DNA of 64,000 nucleotides, taken from positions 25,817-89,816 of the IMG/VR virus record IMGVR_UViG_3300033066_001722. One strand, written 5' to 3'. The stretch's first letter is position 1; each line of letters starts with the position of its first letter. The translations under genes were made by a program, and so were the position numbers. Below the pieces are notes generated by a model that had not been told where the DNA came from, searched no databases, and worked only from the letters and a program-made list of their open reading frames with translations. Positions 54,790 through 63,844 of this stretch are shown here, piece after piece. The DNA is from a virus (lineage: Duplodnaviria > Caudoviricetes).

Positions 54790-55505
54790 CGCTGCTCCAC
54801 GACGGTGACGACACCTGCGTTGACGTCGAAGACGGCAGGAGGGTGCTCGATCGCGTAGCGCGGACCACAGCAGGCGACATTCGCATGGATTGTCTGTCCT
54901 ATGCGGACATTCTGTCCTCCGCAGGCGTGGACGTGGCCGAAGAGGTGTAGCGCAGGAGGCTGCTTCTCGATGAAGTCCTTCAGGGTCGAACTACCCCATG
55001 AGATGCCACGTTCGAGGTCCAAGATCCCCGCTGGAGGTACGTGCGTGACGAGGATGTCGACGGGATAACCGAGTTCCAGCCAAGCCCAGCGAGGCTCCAG
55101 CTCTGCCTCTGAGCCTGCAGAGAAGGCACGGAACCGGCTGTTGCGTACCCAGCTCCAAGTTGCTCCTGCAATGCGCAGGCGTCCGTCTGGGTCGTTGTGG
55201 ACGTAGTGCCCTTGCCAGCCGAGACCGCTCAACAACGTGATACCACAGGAGGCAGTCGGTAGGTCGATAGGGTCGTGATACCGACTGTAGTCCTGTAGAG
55301 CACGCTCCAGCGTTGAGTCGTGGTTCCCAGGGACCAGCAGCTTGACTCGATGAGGAAGCTCAGACATCCAGTCGAGGAATCCGTGCATCTCGTCGAGGAC
55401 GTCGAGGTTAGAGAAGTCCCCGCAGTGGATGAGGATGTCTCCTTCGGGGACCGTCAGCTCAGCGTGACGATTGTGCGTATCTGACATTGCGACGATGCGT
55501 GTCAC
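54786..55505 (-). CDS. metallophosphoesterase
   Basis: SDTH, GDFS, PGNHD, LVTHVPP and FGHVH motifs. GTG start at 55505 (GTGA overlap). Confidence 0.92.
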   Translation of the reverse strand: MTRIVAMSDTHNRHAELTVPEGDILIHCGDFSNLDVLDEMHGFLDWMSELPHRVKLLVPGNHDSTLERALQDYSRYHDPIDLPTASCGITLLSGLGWQGHYVHNDPDGRLRIAGATWSWVRNSRFRAFSAGSEAELEPRWAWLELGYPVDILVTHVPPAGILDLERGISWGSSTLKDFIEKQPPALHLFGHVHACGGQNVRIGQTIHANVACCGPRYAIEHPPAVFDVNAGVVTVVEQR

Positions 55506-56677
55506 AGTCCGACCTCCGTTGCAGTCACACGAACCTCTACGTTGTCGATACGCTGAGACTTTGGCTGACGTAAGAGGAACAGGTACCAGACCATCCCAAC
55601 AAGAGATATGAAGATCGACAGTCGTACAGCGCCGACGAGATCGTGTCGATAGTAGGTCGTGATGACCCCAGCAGCCTTGCCTCCTAAGGCCATCGTAGAC
55701 AGCCAAGCTGCCATCCCTAGAGCGGAGTAGCGTTCTGGCACGAGAGCTGTGATCGTGTCCATGCCGATAGGCTGGATCAGGACCTCTGCGAGCGAGGCAA
55801 GAGCGTACCAGGCTATCAACCAGCCTAGCGAACTACCGCCTAGCAGGCAGCAGAAGGCGAGGACCATCAGTGCGAGAGCGAAGATCGCACGAAGGCGCAG
55901 GTTCGACCAGGTACCGACGGGAGTCAGCAGTAGCAGGAAGGCGAAGACTGGGTTAAAGGTCGAGATCGCCTCCGGCAGTTCGACCTTGCAGACCTCAGCA
56001 GCCCAATAGACCAAGGTCGTCGTCTGCTGCTTCCAGCCGACGAAGAAGAGCGTAGATCCCACCAGGAGCACCAGAATGCGACCCCATTGAGGGCGAAGTT
56101 CGACCGGTGCCCCTGTCAAGGCTGACGCAACGACGGCCTCCTCTGATCGATTCTGGGCTACAGGGCGTAGACGTTTCCAACTGACGAGCAAGATCACCGC
56201 AGCCAGTGCGACCGCGAATGTACAAGACGCGTAGACCGCTGGCCAGCCCCAATGAGCTCGCAGCGTGCTACCAACGAGAGTCGAGGGCATCGAACCTACC
56301 TGAATCGCTCCATAGTAGATCGCGAAGGCACGCGTTCGCTCCGGACCTAGCTTGAAGATCGAGCCCAACATCGCAGTGAAGCAGGGCTTGAAGAGACCAC
56401 AGGCGACGGACCATAGGATGAGGGCAAGCGTCGCATTGTGCGACAATGCCGCGACAGCGTAGCCCAGAACGAAGAGGAGCAGACCGCAAAGCGAGACTGC
56501 GCGCAGCGAGAGGCGCTGTGTCAACAGCCCTCCTACGAAGGCGATGAGGTAGGAGCCAAGCAGGAGATTGCCGGTCACGCCAGCATCCTGCCACAGGGTT
56601 AGCCCTCCAAGCATCTCATACCAGGCGAAACGCTCAAGCATGATCACAAGAAGCACGGGCAGAATGGACATGAGCAT
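55502..56677 (-). CDS. POT/PTR-family proton-dependent oligopeptide transporter
   Basis: LERFAWYEM (ExxERFxYY-like) and GLFKPCFTAMLG (PTR2 signature-like); about 12 hydrophobic segments. Confidence 0.82.
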   Translation of the reverse strand: MLMSILPVLLVIMLERFAWYEMLGGLTLWQDAGVTGNLLLGSYLIAFVGGLLTQRLSLRAVSLCGLLLFVLGYAVAALSHNATLALILWSVACGLFKPCFTAMLGSIFKLGPERTRAFAIYYGAIQVGSMPSTLVGSTLRAHWGWPAVYASCTFAVALAAVILLVSWKRLRPVAQNRSEEAVVASALTGAPVELRPQWGRILVLLVGSTLFFVGWKQQTTTLVYWAAEVCKVELPEAISTFNPVFAFLLLLTPVGTWSNLRLRAIFALALMVLAFCCLLGGSSLGWLIAWYALASLAEVLIQPIGMDTITALVPERYSALGMAAWLSTMALGGKAAGVITTYYRHDLVGAVRLSIFISLVGMVWYLFLLRQPKSQRIDNVEVRVTATEVGL

Positions 56678-56687
56678 GTGAACTCTC

Positions 56688-57134
56688 CTATTCGCGTCGA
56701 CCTCTGGAAGGTCGACTTCCGATGTCATCAGGAGCGTAACCGTAGCTCCTAACGTACTGTTGTCCGAGTGTCGGAGGTCGCTTCAGTGCCTTGAGCGGAA
56801 CGATCGTTCCGTTCGATCGTCGACTGGCGCGGACCATACAGCCTTCGACAGCGCATTTGTACTGAGCTTGGCCTAGCTCAGAGGCTGGGATCCAGCTGTG
56901 CTCGTGGTCGTTGCGGTTTGAGATCCTGTAGAGGTTGTACTCGTTCGGATCAGCTGCAGCGACTGAACTGCGTCGGACGTCGAGGAGCCCTGCCTCGCGC
57001 AATTCACGTAGTCGTGTGGCGATGACAGTCAAGGGAGGGCGTCGCCGACCTTTGAAGGCTCGGTGGAGGTCCTGAGGACTTGCCTCACCAACGGCCTTAA
57101 CCATATCAATCAATAGCTGTAGCGCTGGATCCAT
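56688..57134 (-). CDS. winged-helix DNA-binding protein with possible Zn-binding C-terminus
   Basis: ASPQDLHRAF...VIATRLRELREAGLL; HEHSW...YKC....C. Confidence 0.55.
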   Translation of the reverse strand: MDPALQLLIDMVKAVGEASPQDLHRAFKGRRRPPLTVIATRLRELREAGLLDVRRSSVAAADPNEYNLYRISNRNDHEHSWIPASELGQAQYKCAVEGCMVRASRRSNGTIVPLKALKRPPTLGQQYVRSYGYAPDDIGSRPSRGRRE

Positions 57135-57138
57135 AGCT

Positions 57139-57453
57139 TCACTTCAACGTCGTTGTCAGTAGTTGACCGAGAGACGGAGTACTCCGCAAGGTCTCCAAGA
57201 GACGCTGACCGAACTTACGGACGAGCTCCTGTGCTGCGTCCTCGATCCGCTTCTTACGGACGAGGACCTTACTGCCACCGATGCGACCGTTCCAGGCACC
57301 GTCCTTGAACCGCAACGTCATCTCGACGAGAGGCAGACTGTGGTACCACTCAGATGGGCGCTGACGCTTGCGCCAGAGAAGACCCGCCAGCTCTTGGCTC
57401 CCAGGAGGAGGCGTCCGCTGTTCCGCCTTCGGAGGATGAACAGACGTCTTCAC
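57139..57453 (-). CDS. hypothetical protein
   Basis: GTG start at 57453 (GTGA overlap). Confidence 0.6.
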   Translation of the reverse strand: MKTSVHPPKAEQRTPPPGSQELAGLLWRKRQRPSEWYHSLPLVEMTLRFKDGAWNGRIGGSKVLVRKKRIEDAAQELVRKFGQRLLETLRSTPSLGQLLTTTLK

Positions 57454-58127
57454 GACGTCACCTCGAGGCCGAAGGCCTGACGCAGCTCGTAGACCTTGCC
57501 CTTCGTCGGCTGCTTCAGCAGCCCAGGGCACAACCGCTTGATCAAGTCGTCGACCCGATCGGGGGAGGACGCATCGACGATGTTGAACTCGACTTCGAGA
57601 AAGGTCAGGTCGACGATCTCTTGCGAACCTGTCCGTCGTGTCGGCCCAACACACGCAGTGATCTGATCGATGAAGACGACAGGAGCCTCTGCGCCTCCCC
57701 GCAACGGGTAGCAGCTCCGATGATTCGCCAATCGGATCATCTGGAAGGCCTTGTAGGGTGAGGGACCGGGCTCGACAAGGCCATAGACCTGGAGAGCCTC
57801 CCGTAGGCGGTCGTCCGCCTCCTCCAAGATCGGACTGTATGACGGCCAGTAGCTCTCTCGCGAGGTATGGCGTCCTTGCTCTTCCTTCAGCTCCCAGCGT
57901 GTCTGCCGAGACTTGGCGACGTGCACGTTCGACGGGATCGTCGAGATCTGCGCCAGTTCCGTCCGCGCACGTAGATGCCCTCCATGACGGTACAGGAGGT
58001 CTCCCTGCGTGTCGAAGTAGACGTCGATGAGCAGCAGCTGACGCTCTTCGAGAGCCAGCTGTCGCAGAGTCTCGTGCGGACTGGAGGCTCTCGTCGGGAG
58101 CAACCAGCGTAGTTCGTTCTCGATCAT
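57450..58127 (-). CDS. CYTH-domain protein (triphosphate tunnel metalloenzyme-like)
   Basis: ENELRW (ExExK-like), DVYFDT, LRAR, ELK and FLEVEF. Confidence 0.78.
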   Translation of the reverse strand: MIENELRWLLPTRASSPHETLRQLALEERQLLLIDVYFDTQGDLLYRHGGHLRARTELAQISTIPSNVHVAKSRQTRWELKEEQGRHTSRESYWPSYSPILEEADDRLREALQVYGLVEPGPSPYKAFQMIRLANHRSCYPLRGGAEAPVVFIDQITACVGPTRRTGSQEIVDLTFLEVEFNIVDASSPDRVDDLIKRLCPGLLKQPTKGKVYELRQAFGLEVTS

Positions 58128-58146
58128 GTGACTCCTTTGAGGAGGG

Positions 58147-58332
58147 CTAAAGTATGCTCTTGCCCTTCACTCGATACTTCACATCCTCTGGAAGGTTTAG
58201 CCTCGCCTGCGCAACTTCTGCTGCGCGACGTACCTTCGCTGCGTGCATGGGATGCTGCATACACGCAGTCGAGTGACCCGACTCGTCTCGAGGGTTCTGG
58301 ACGTAGAGACAGAGACACTCAGGCGTTGACAT
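58147..58332 (-). CDS. hypothetical protein
   Basis: ATG at 58332 overlaps the end of the ParB-like gene. Confidence 0.45.
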   Translation of the reverse strand: MSTPECLCLYVQNPRDESGHSTACMQHPMHAAKVRRAAEVAQARLNLPEDVKYRVKGKSIL

Positions 58333-59389
58333 CAGCGCCCTTGGCCAAGACCTTGCGCATAATGACACGCAGCTCCGGGTTGATGTTCTCGTCGTCAACG
58401 TTCTTCAGGGCCAGCAGCACCTGCCGGACGATCTGCGAGGGGAAGACACCCTCGCGGTAGGCCTCGTCGAGAGCCTCCAGGTCGGCGTCCTCCAGCGCTT
58501 CGACGTTGACGTCACGCTCTGAGGACGTCGGCAGCTTCGAGTTCGTCAACAGGTTCTTGATCAGTGCTGCGTCCTTCTGGCGCTTCGTCGGCGCACCCTT
58601 GATCATAGCACGCAAGGACTCCAACGAGGGGATCTCCTTCGCCGATAGCATCCAGTCCAGGTAGCGATCCTGAGCGGCATGATCGCCTGGGCAGAGCCCG
58701 ACCGTCACATGGGCCTGGGGCAGGGGCAGAATCTTGCGGGCGACGGCCTCGACAAGTCGGGGCGAGCCAGTCTTGTAGACCTGGATGTGACGGTTGATGT
58801 CGTACTCCTTCATCTCGAAGTCTTCCATGACCTGCTCGCGGGAGCAGGGTGCGACATCAACGTCCCCTTCCAGGGCAGAGATGATCTTCTCTGCCGTCGT
58901 CATAGGGTCGTCATCCTCACGCTTGATGTTGGCCAAGCGGTAGGAACGTCGGAAGGCCTCAACCGAGGAATCGAAGGTGATATCGACGGTGACGTTCGGG
59001 GGAACACCCTGCAGCGACGGGTTCGCCGCGAGGTCCTCCAGCAGATAGCGCAGGCAGACACCACGTCGCCCACCGTCCGAGACGTACAGATAGTTCTTGC
59101 CCAGCCGGTCCTGAATCTCGTGCGCCTGAAGCGGGTGAATACCCTCGATCAGGATGGACTTCATCAGTGCCTGGATCTTCGGGTTGTCCCGCTTGTAGCG
59201 CCACAGCTTGGTCGGCGAGTACTCTGGATGCTCCGGGTCACAGGGCAGGATCAGACCACAGCCCAGGTTCCGGTCCGGGTGGGGGCTGAAGGTCGGGAGA
59301 CGACCAGGAGACCCGACGGTCAAGGCTCCAAGCAGTTTGTACTTGGCGTTGCGGTCTGCGGAACGGGAGGTCGAAGTCGATGCGGTCAT
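58319..59389 (-). CDS. ParB/Srx-domain protein with HTH
   Basis: EGIHPL, YVSDGGRRG (ParB GxxR box) and ANIKREDDDPM; highly G/C-ending codons. Confidence 0.75.
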   Translation of the reverse strand: MTASTSTSRSADRNAKYKLLGALTVGSPGRLPTFSPHPDRNLGCGLILPCDPEHPEYSPTKLWRYKRDNPKIQALMKSILIEGIHPLQAHEIQDRLGKNYLYVSDGGRRGVCLRYLLEDLAANPSLQGVPPNVTVDITFDSSVEAFRRSYRLANIKREDDDPMTTAEKIISALEGDVDVAPCSREQVMEDFEMKEYDINRHIQVYKTGSPRLVEAVARKILPLPQAHVTVGLCPGDHAAQDRYLDWMLSAKEIPSLESLRAMIKGAPTKRQKDAALIKNLLTNSKLPTSSERDVNVEALEDADLEALDEAYREGVFPSQIVRQVLLALKNVDDENINPELRVIMRKVLAKGADVNA

Positions 59390-59429
59390 GTCAAGTCACT
59401 CCAGCGTTGTGGGTTCAACCTTCAGACAC

Positions 59430-59446
59430 TGCAAAGATCGGGCCAA
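59430..59446 (-). promoter_or_regulatory. sigma54-type -24/-12 motif TTGGCCCGATCTTTGCA
   Basis: GG-N10-GC with TTGCA, intergenic, about 40 nt upstream of the ParB-like start. Confidence 0.7.
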
Positions 59447-59530
59447 CCTAGGATCAGGTTGCAAGCCTGATGTAATGCGCGACGTGTCTGTCGGATTTGG
59501 TTTGCATATACGATCGATGCAGGATGTGAT

Positions 59531-59547
59531 TGCAAAAGTCAGGCCAA
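59531..59547 (-). promoter_or_regulatory. sigma54-type -24/-12 motif TTGGCCTGACTTTTGCA
   Basis: Same spacing; tandem with 59430..59446. Confidence 0.7.
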
Positions 59548-59565
59548 CGCAGATATCAGGTAGGA

Positions 59566-59625
59566 GGGGTCTGTAGACCCCAAAGGCAGGTGTCTACAGA
59601 CCCCGGTTCGGACGCCCGAACCGGG
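59566..59625. repeat. nested inverted repeats
   Basis: GGGGTCTGTAGAC (59566-78) with GTCTACAGACCCC (59592-604), a perfect 13-bp IR. Palindrome 59566-81. 10-bp stem 59602-11/59616-25. Confidence 0.85.
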
Positions 59626-59675
59626 TCAGCCAAGCGGCATAGCGCGTCTGAAAAGCGGTGTAGCTCTCGGTACGC

Positions 59676-60140
59676 TCATCCTGCCGGGTTGTACCCTGGG
59701 CAGTTCTCGGTCTGGGCTGCCGGGGTCTCGCGGCGGCTGCACTGGACGCATTGACCGTTGGCGAAGCCGTGTGGTCTGAAGGCCGTGACCGGGCAGCCGG
59801 GGTGGCGGCAGTCTTTGCCTGGGCAGACGTGGTCCCAGTCTTTGTTCTTTGGGCCGGGCGTGTTGCTGTGGTTGGGCTGTGCGGCGCGGGGTCTGGAGAC
59901 CCCACCGGACTGGGTACGTCCGCGTGCTCCATGCTTGCCGCGGACTTCCGGTTTGGCGGCACGTAGCGCGCGATCTGGCGACCCTTGGCCATGGACGCAG
60001 GCGCAGTTCATGACCTTGCGGGGTCCTTGTGGGTGGCGGAGATCCAGACAAGCCACTGCACCCTTGCCCCAGCAGCCAGCGAGGCAGCGGTGAGTGCGGT
60101 TGACTGCCGTCTTCATGATCGTAATCGAGGGATCGTTCAT
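59676..60140 (-). CDS. Cys/His-rich hypothetical protein (start could be 60365)
   Basis: GAGG RBS before ATG 60140; several CxxC/CxC/CxxxxC groups. Confidence 0.45.
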   Translation of the reverse strand: MNDPSITIMKTAVNRTHRCLAGCWGKGAVACLDLRHPQGPRKVMNCACVHGQGSPDRALRAAKPEVRGKHGARGRTQSGGVSRPRAAQPNHSNTPGPKNKDWDHVCPGKDCRHPGCPVTAFRPHGFANGQCVQCSRRETPAAQTENCPGYNPAG

Positions 60141-60394
60141 AGGAGACCTCACTTGTGACGTGGTCGATGTTTGCTGACGTTGCCGCCAGCCAGGAGATTG
60201 CGTGACCCACGGCGGTATGCCGCGGTGGTCGTAGCCCAGCCACGGGAGACAACCGTGGCTGAACCTACTTCCATCCCGATGTGAGTGGATCACAAACGGA
60301 TCGAAGTGCACCGGATGTAGTAGTGCAACCGCGAGCACTGCGACATGGAAGCATGCGTAGGTCATAGGATGTGAGACGAAGAGGCTCGGACTGG

Positions 60395-61672
60395 TTAGTC
60401 GATCTCAAGGAGACGTCCGAAGGGGACGTCCGGGTCGAAGCTGGCGGGCTGGGGAGCGAGAGCAAGACGGTTGTAGAGGAGCTCACCTCCCTGCTCTTCA
60501 AGAGCGTCAACAGTCCAGGGTGAGGACCATGGCTGGGTGTGAGCGACGCGCGTGACGGCGTTCGAGATGGACGCACGAGAGAAGGTATAGACGCCCTCTG
60601 TCCGCCAAGCTGCGCAGAGACGCTCGACGAGCTGCGTCTTGTCGAAGCCGGGCACCTTGATCAGGCCTTTGTCCACCAGGGTGGCAAAGACGTACTGTGG
60701 TGAGTTGTCGTTGCTGTCGAGCACGAGGTCCCGTGAAGCCTCTGCCCACTTCTCGGCGAAATGTGAGATCGAGTCGACGGCCTTGCCAACCATGACTTCG
60801 AGACGGTCGTCGAAGGAGGCTGCATTGTGCCGCAGACCGTCTGCGCGCCAGGCGCTGATGGTGGTCAGGTTGATGCAGCGTGCACGCTCGATCTCGGAGA
60901 TGATCCGAATCGAGCCGGATCCATCGTCGGAGCTCTCCAAGGTCAAAGCTCCACGGAAGATGTCACCTACGACCAAGTCGTCCAGACGCATGTCCGAGTG
61001 GAAGTAGACACGGTAGCGCCAGTGCGGACCGTCGAGCAGGAACTCGCCTCGTGCCCCTGTCTGGTCTCCGACCTTCGAGCGCAGCGCCTGATGAAGACTT
61101 TGGATACAGGCCTCGGCATCTCGGACCTTGTAGTCTGTCGACAGGACAGCGTACGCGCCTCGCCCCTTCTCGGTCAACATCGTCCGAACGTTCGCTTGGA
61201 AGGAACGCGCCTTGCCACGTGCTGGCACAGGCGTCACCGCAGCGACTCGCTCAGACTCCTGAATCCAGTGGTTCACGTGAGGCTCCCGCAGCGCAGGAGG
61301 GCACCCCATGAGGTATCCTGCACCTCCGTTGCTTGACTCCAGACGACCCAAGAGCTGAGCCAGGGCATGCTGGTTGTAGCCGATCTCCTGAGGAATCTGC
61401 TTTGATGCGAGTGCTCCGTTGGGCTGCATACGGAGGCTGTGGAGATCGACGAGGTAGTCTCGTCGACGCTGTGCCTTGACAGCACGCGGCACAGCTGCCA
61501 ACACATCCTCGACGAGTGGACGCTGTTCGAAGTTCTCTCGGCTGACGCGATAGGTCTGCTGGCCTGAATCCGCGACCTGTGTGCCGATTGGGTACAACGT
61601 AGCCTCGTGGAAGATGAGGCCTGCGTCACGAGCTGCCTGTTCGTCGGTCTGAACGCGATTGATGGTATCCAT
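60395..61672 (-). CDS. DUF932-like protein
   Basis: YAVLSTDY, VGDIFRGALTLESSDDGSGSIRI and ERARCINL; GGAGG 7 nt before ATG 61672. Confidence 0.65.
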   Translation of the reverse strand: MDTINRVQTDEQAARDAGLIFHEATLYPIGTQVADSGQQTYRVSRENFEQRPLVEDVLAAVPRAVKAQRRRDYLVDLHSLRMQPNGALASKQIPQEIGYNQHALAQLLGRLESSNGGAGYLMGCPPALREPHVNHWIQESERVAAVTPVPARGKARSFQANVRTMLTEKGRGAYAVLSTDYKVRDAEACIQSLHQALRSKVGDQTGARGEFLLDGPHWRYRVYFHSDMRLDDLVVGDIFRGALTLESSDDGSGSIRIISEIERARCINLTTISAWRADGLRHNAASFDDRLEVMVGKAVDSISHFAEKWAEASRDLVLDSNDNSPQYVFATLVDKGLIKVPGFDKTQLVERLCAAWRTEGVYTFSRASISNAVTRVAHTQPWSSPWTVDALEEQGGELLYNRLALAPQPASFDPDVPFGRLLEID

Positions 61673-61696
61673 GTGCATTCCTCCGGGCTCTACCCA

Positions 61697-61713
61697 TGCA
61701 AAGTTCGGGCCAA
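61697..61713 (-). promoter_or_regulatory. sigma54-type -24/-12 motif TTGGCCCGAACTTTGCA
   Basis: Located in the short 61679-61726 intergenic gap; exact spacing. Confidence 0.7.
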
Positions 61714-61726
61714 TCTCGAAAGTCCG

Positions 61727-62080
61727 TTAACCTCCGACGACTTCGATCGTCTCGGGCTCCTGCTCCGGGAGGAGCATGCTGTCTGTGACGTCCCAGACAA
61801 ACAACAGGGTCATCCGGTCGTAGGGACTGAAGGTCGCCTCACACGACCACTCACCAGGTACCAACCAACGCTCCAGCCAGTACTGGAGTCGGAACGCCTC
61901 GGGCAGGATGGCAGATGCGTCCTGCAGTCGCATCACGACGTGTGGACGCTCGAAGACACGTTCTTCGGGAGGTTTGCTGACACCGTCGCCAGAGTCGACG
62001 GTGTGGAACCCTTTGCGACGCAGACGCATCACAAGCTCGCGGACACCAGGGTCAAGGATCTTCGGGTCTAGCTCTTCCAT
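61727..62080 (-). CDS. hypothetical protein (LDPGVRELV..L...GFHTVDSGDG; TYW3-like N-terminal pattern)
   Basis: Motif resembles small phage proteins with D..I..LV..LN..G..T..SC.G. TGATG overlap. Confidence 0.6.
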   Translation of the reverse strand: MEELDPKILDPGVRELVMRLRRKGFHTVDSGDGVSKPPEERVFERPHVVMRLQDASAILPEAFRLQYWLERWLVPGEWSCEATFSPYDRMTLLFVWDVTDSMLLPEQEPETIEVVGG

Positions 62081-62724
62081 CAGCCACCTCTGTGAAGTTG
62101 TCGTGCACAGACGTTTCCGTCAAGGAAGGTTACGACCTCTCCGAAGGTCCACCCGATGGGGAGTCTGTCATAGGTCCGCTGGAGATGTGGAACGACTGTC
62201 TGTCCGTCAAGCCACTCCTCCCACTGCATCTCAGCGTGCTCTTCAAGCGTGAACCCACCATGCAGATCGAGGATGTCCTGTACCTTCTGAGCACCGTCAG
62301 GCGTCGACAGTTGGATACCACAGTCGAGAGAGGCGCGTGCCAGCGTCAGCAGAACCTTCGAACGAGGTGAAACCGAGGTCGAACCGTCACGTAGCCAGAT
62401 CGACCGCTGCTCAAGGGTCTGGACTTGAGAGATACAGACGTCTCGACCCTGCTTGACGAAGCCAACAGCGATGGAAGGATTCTGAGAGGGTCCAGTTCCG
62501 TTGCTCGGTGTGTGGATGACGACACCCGAGGGAGTATCCCACCAGACACGAGGGAACGACCGACCGTAACCACGGCGCTGGCCGTTCGCGACCAGATCAG
62601 GCTGGAACCACGCAGGCGAGCCCCAGTTCGACACCAGCAGCCCTCCAATCCAGCGGGCGAGCCCGTGTAAAGACTCCTCCTGGACCGGTCCCTGCTGTCG
62701 AACAGAAGTCTCTAGACGCCCCAT
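62080..62724 (-). CDS. hypothetical protein
   Basis: ORF in the overlap chain. Confidence 0.6.
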   Translation of the reverse strand: MGRLETSVRQQGPVQEESLHGLARWIGGLLVSNWGSPAWFQPDLVANGQRRGYGRSFPRVWWDTPSGVVIHTPSNGTGPSQNPSIAVGFVKQGRDVCISQVQTLEQRSIWLRDGSTSVSPRSKVLLTLARASLDCGIQLSTPDGAQKVQDILDLHGGFTLEEHAEMQWEEWLDGQTVVPHLQRTYDRLPIGWTFGEVVTFLDGNVCARQLHRGG

Positions 62725-63074
62725 TTGTAGTCCTCCTCACCGGTCCAACCAGGTGCGACCAATGTCTGTGGGTCCCCTTCATGCTCGAGCTGAGTGGCAA
62801 TCTCCTGCAACGTCAGCTCCTGACGTTTGATCCCACCCTTACGTCGGATACCGCTGCTGAAGATCCTCGAGTTAAGACGTTCGACCTTCTCGTCAGAAGT
62901 CTTCACCTCGAATTGGAGGAAGCTCACCGTCTCGTGCTCAAGTCGATAGGTGAGCGCTTTGATCGAGCCATGGAGTTGAAAGTGGAGTTTGTTGACAGCT
63001 TCTCCGGCAGAGTCCGCCTCAATGGCGGTCCACGGAGTCTGAACCGGCTTGATAGCTCGACATGTGTAGTTCAC
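62712..63074 (-). CDS. hypothetical protein
   Basis: GTG start at 63074 (GTGA overlap). Confidence 0.6.
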   Translation of the reverse strand: MNYTCRAIKPVQTPWTAIEADSAGEAVNKLHFQLHGSIKALTYRLEHETVSFLQFEVKTSDEKVERLNSRIFSSGIRRKGGIKRQELTLQEIATQLEHEGDPQTLVAPGWTGEEDYKWGV

Positions 63075-63235
63075 TTCGACTCTCCGTCGCAGGTTGGGCA
63101 GTAGACAGGTTGACCACTCCGACGACCCGTGCAGTGACCTCCCGCTGGGTCTGCCATCGGAGCGTCGACGATCCAACACCAGACGTCGTACTCCAGCCAG
63201 GACTTCAGACGATCCCACCAGGTCAGTTGGATCAT
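63071..63235 (-). CDS. small Trp/Cys-containing protein (54 aa, not in the ORF track)
   Basis: Manual translation MIQLTWWDRLKSWLEYDVWCWIV...YCPTCDGESK*. ATGA and GTGA overlaps at both ends. Confidence 0.6.
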   Translation of the reverse strand: MIQLTWWDRLKSWLEYDVWCWIVDAPMADPAGGHCTGRRSGQPVYCPTCDGESK

Positions 63236-63555
63236 CGGATGAGCTCGACGAGGTTGTCGTACTCGTTGGCAACAGCTTCGTATCCATCAGAGTGACCTCG
63301 CTCCCACGCCAGGCCCCACAACTTACCCTCTTTGGGGTGCGTTGTCGTCTGGTAGAGCTCTGCGAGCTCACGATGGAAGCGTTCCACGCTCTGCTGTTCT
63401 GCTTGTCGGTAGGATGCCATGGCGGTCTTCCACCTCTCCATATCCTCCGGACGATAACCGATCTTGTTCGGGATCGGACGTCGACCCGGATAGGGTGCCT
63501 TGTTCTCGTAGTCACCGTTCTTGATCCGGTCGTAGATCGTCTGTAGTTCAGACAT
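63232..63555 (-). CDS. hypothetical protein
   Basis: Start MSELQ at 63555. LAWERGHSDGYEAV pattern. Confidence 0.7.
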   Translation of the reverse strand: MSELQTIYDRIKNGDYENKAPYPGRRPIPNKIGYRPEDMERWKTAMASYRQAEQQSVERFHRELAELYQTTTHPKEGKLWGLAWERGHSDGYEAVANEYDNLVELIR

Positions 63556-63832
63556 ACTCCACCTCGATAAGTTTGTGTTGCAGTGCAAGACGCATGAGGC
63601 TGTGGGCAGCAAGAGTCGGGCTACCATCCGAACCGCGGATCTCTCGTTGAGCTGGGAGTCGATGCCGCCAGCAGTGATACTTCTTGTCTAGGTAGACGTA
63701 CCCAACTAGCTCTTCCGCCTGACCAGGACGTAGAGGTGCAAGCACCCTGTATCCTTTGATGTTCGGCAGACCTTCCACGGTCGCAGCGGGGTCAGGGTGT
63801 AGGTGGCAGGCGGGCAGGATAGGGATAGGCAT
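63548..63832 (-). CDS. hypothetical protein
   Basis: ORF directly downstream of a promoter motif. Confidence 0.55.
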   Translation of the reverse strand: MPIPILPACHLHPDPAATVEGLPNIKGYRVLAPLRPGQAEELVGYVYLDKKYHCWRHRLPAQREIRGSDGSPTLAAHSLMRLALQHKLIEVEYV

Positions 63833-63844
63833 GAGACTCTGTAG

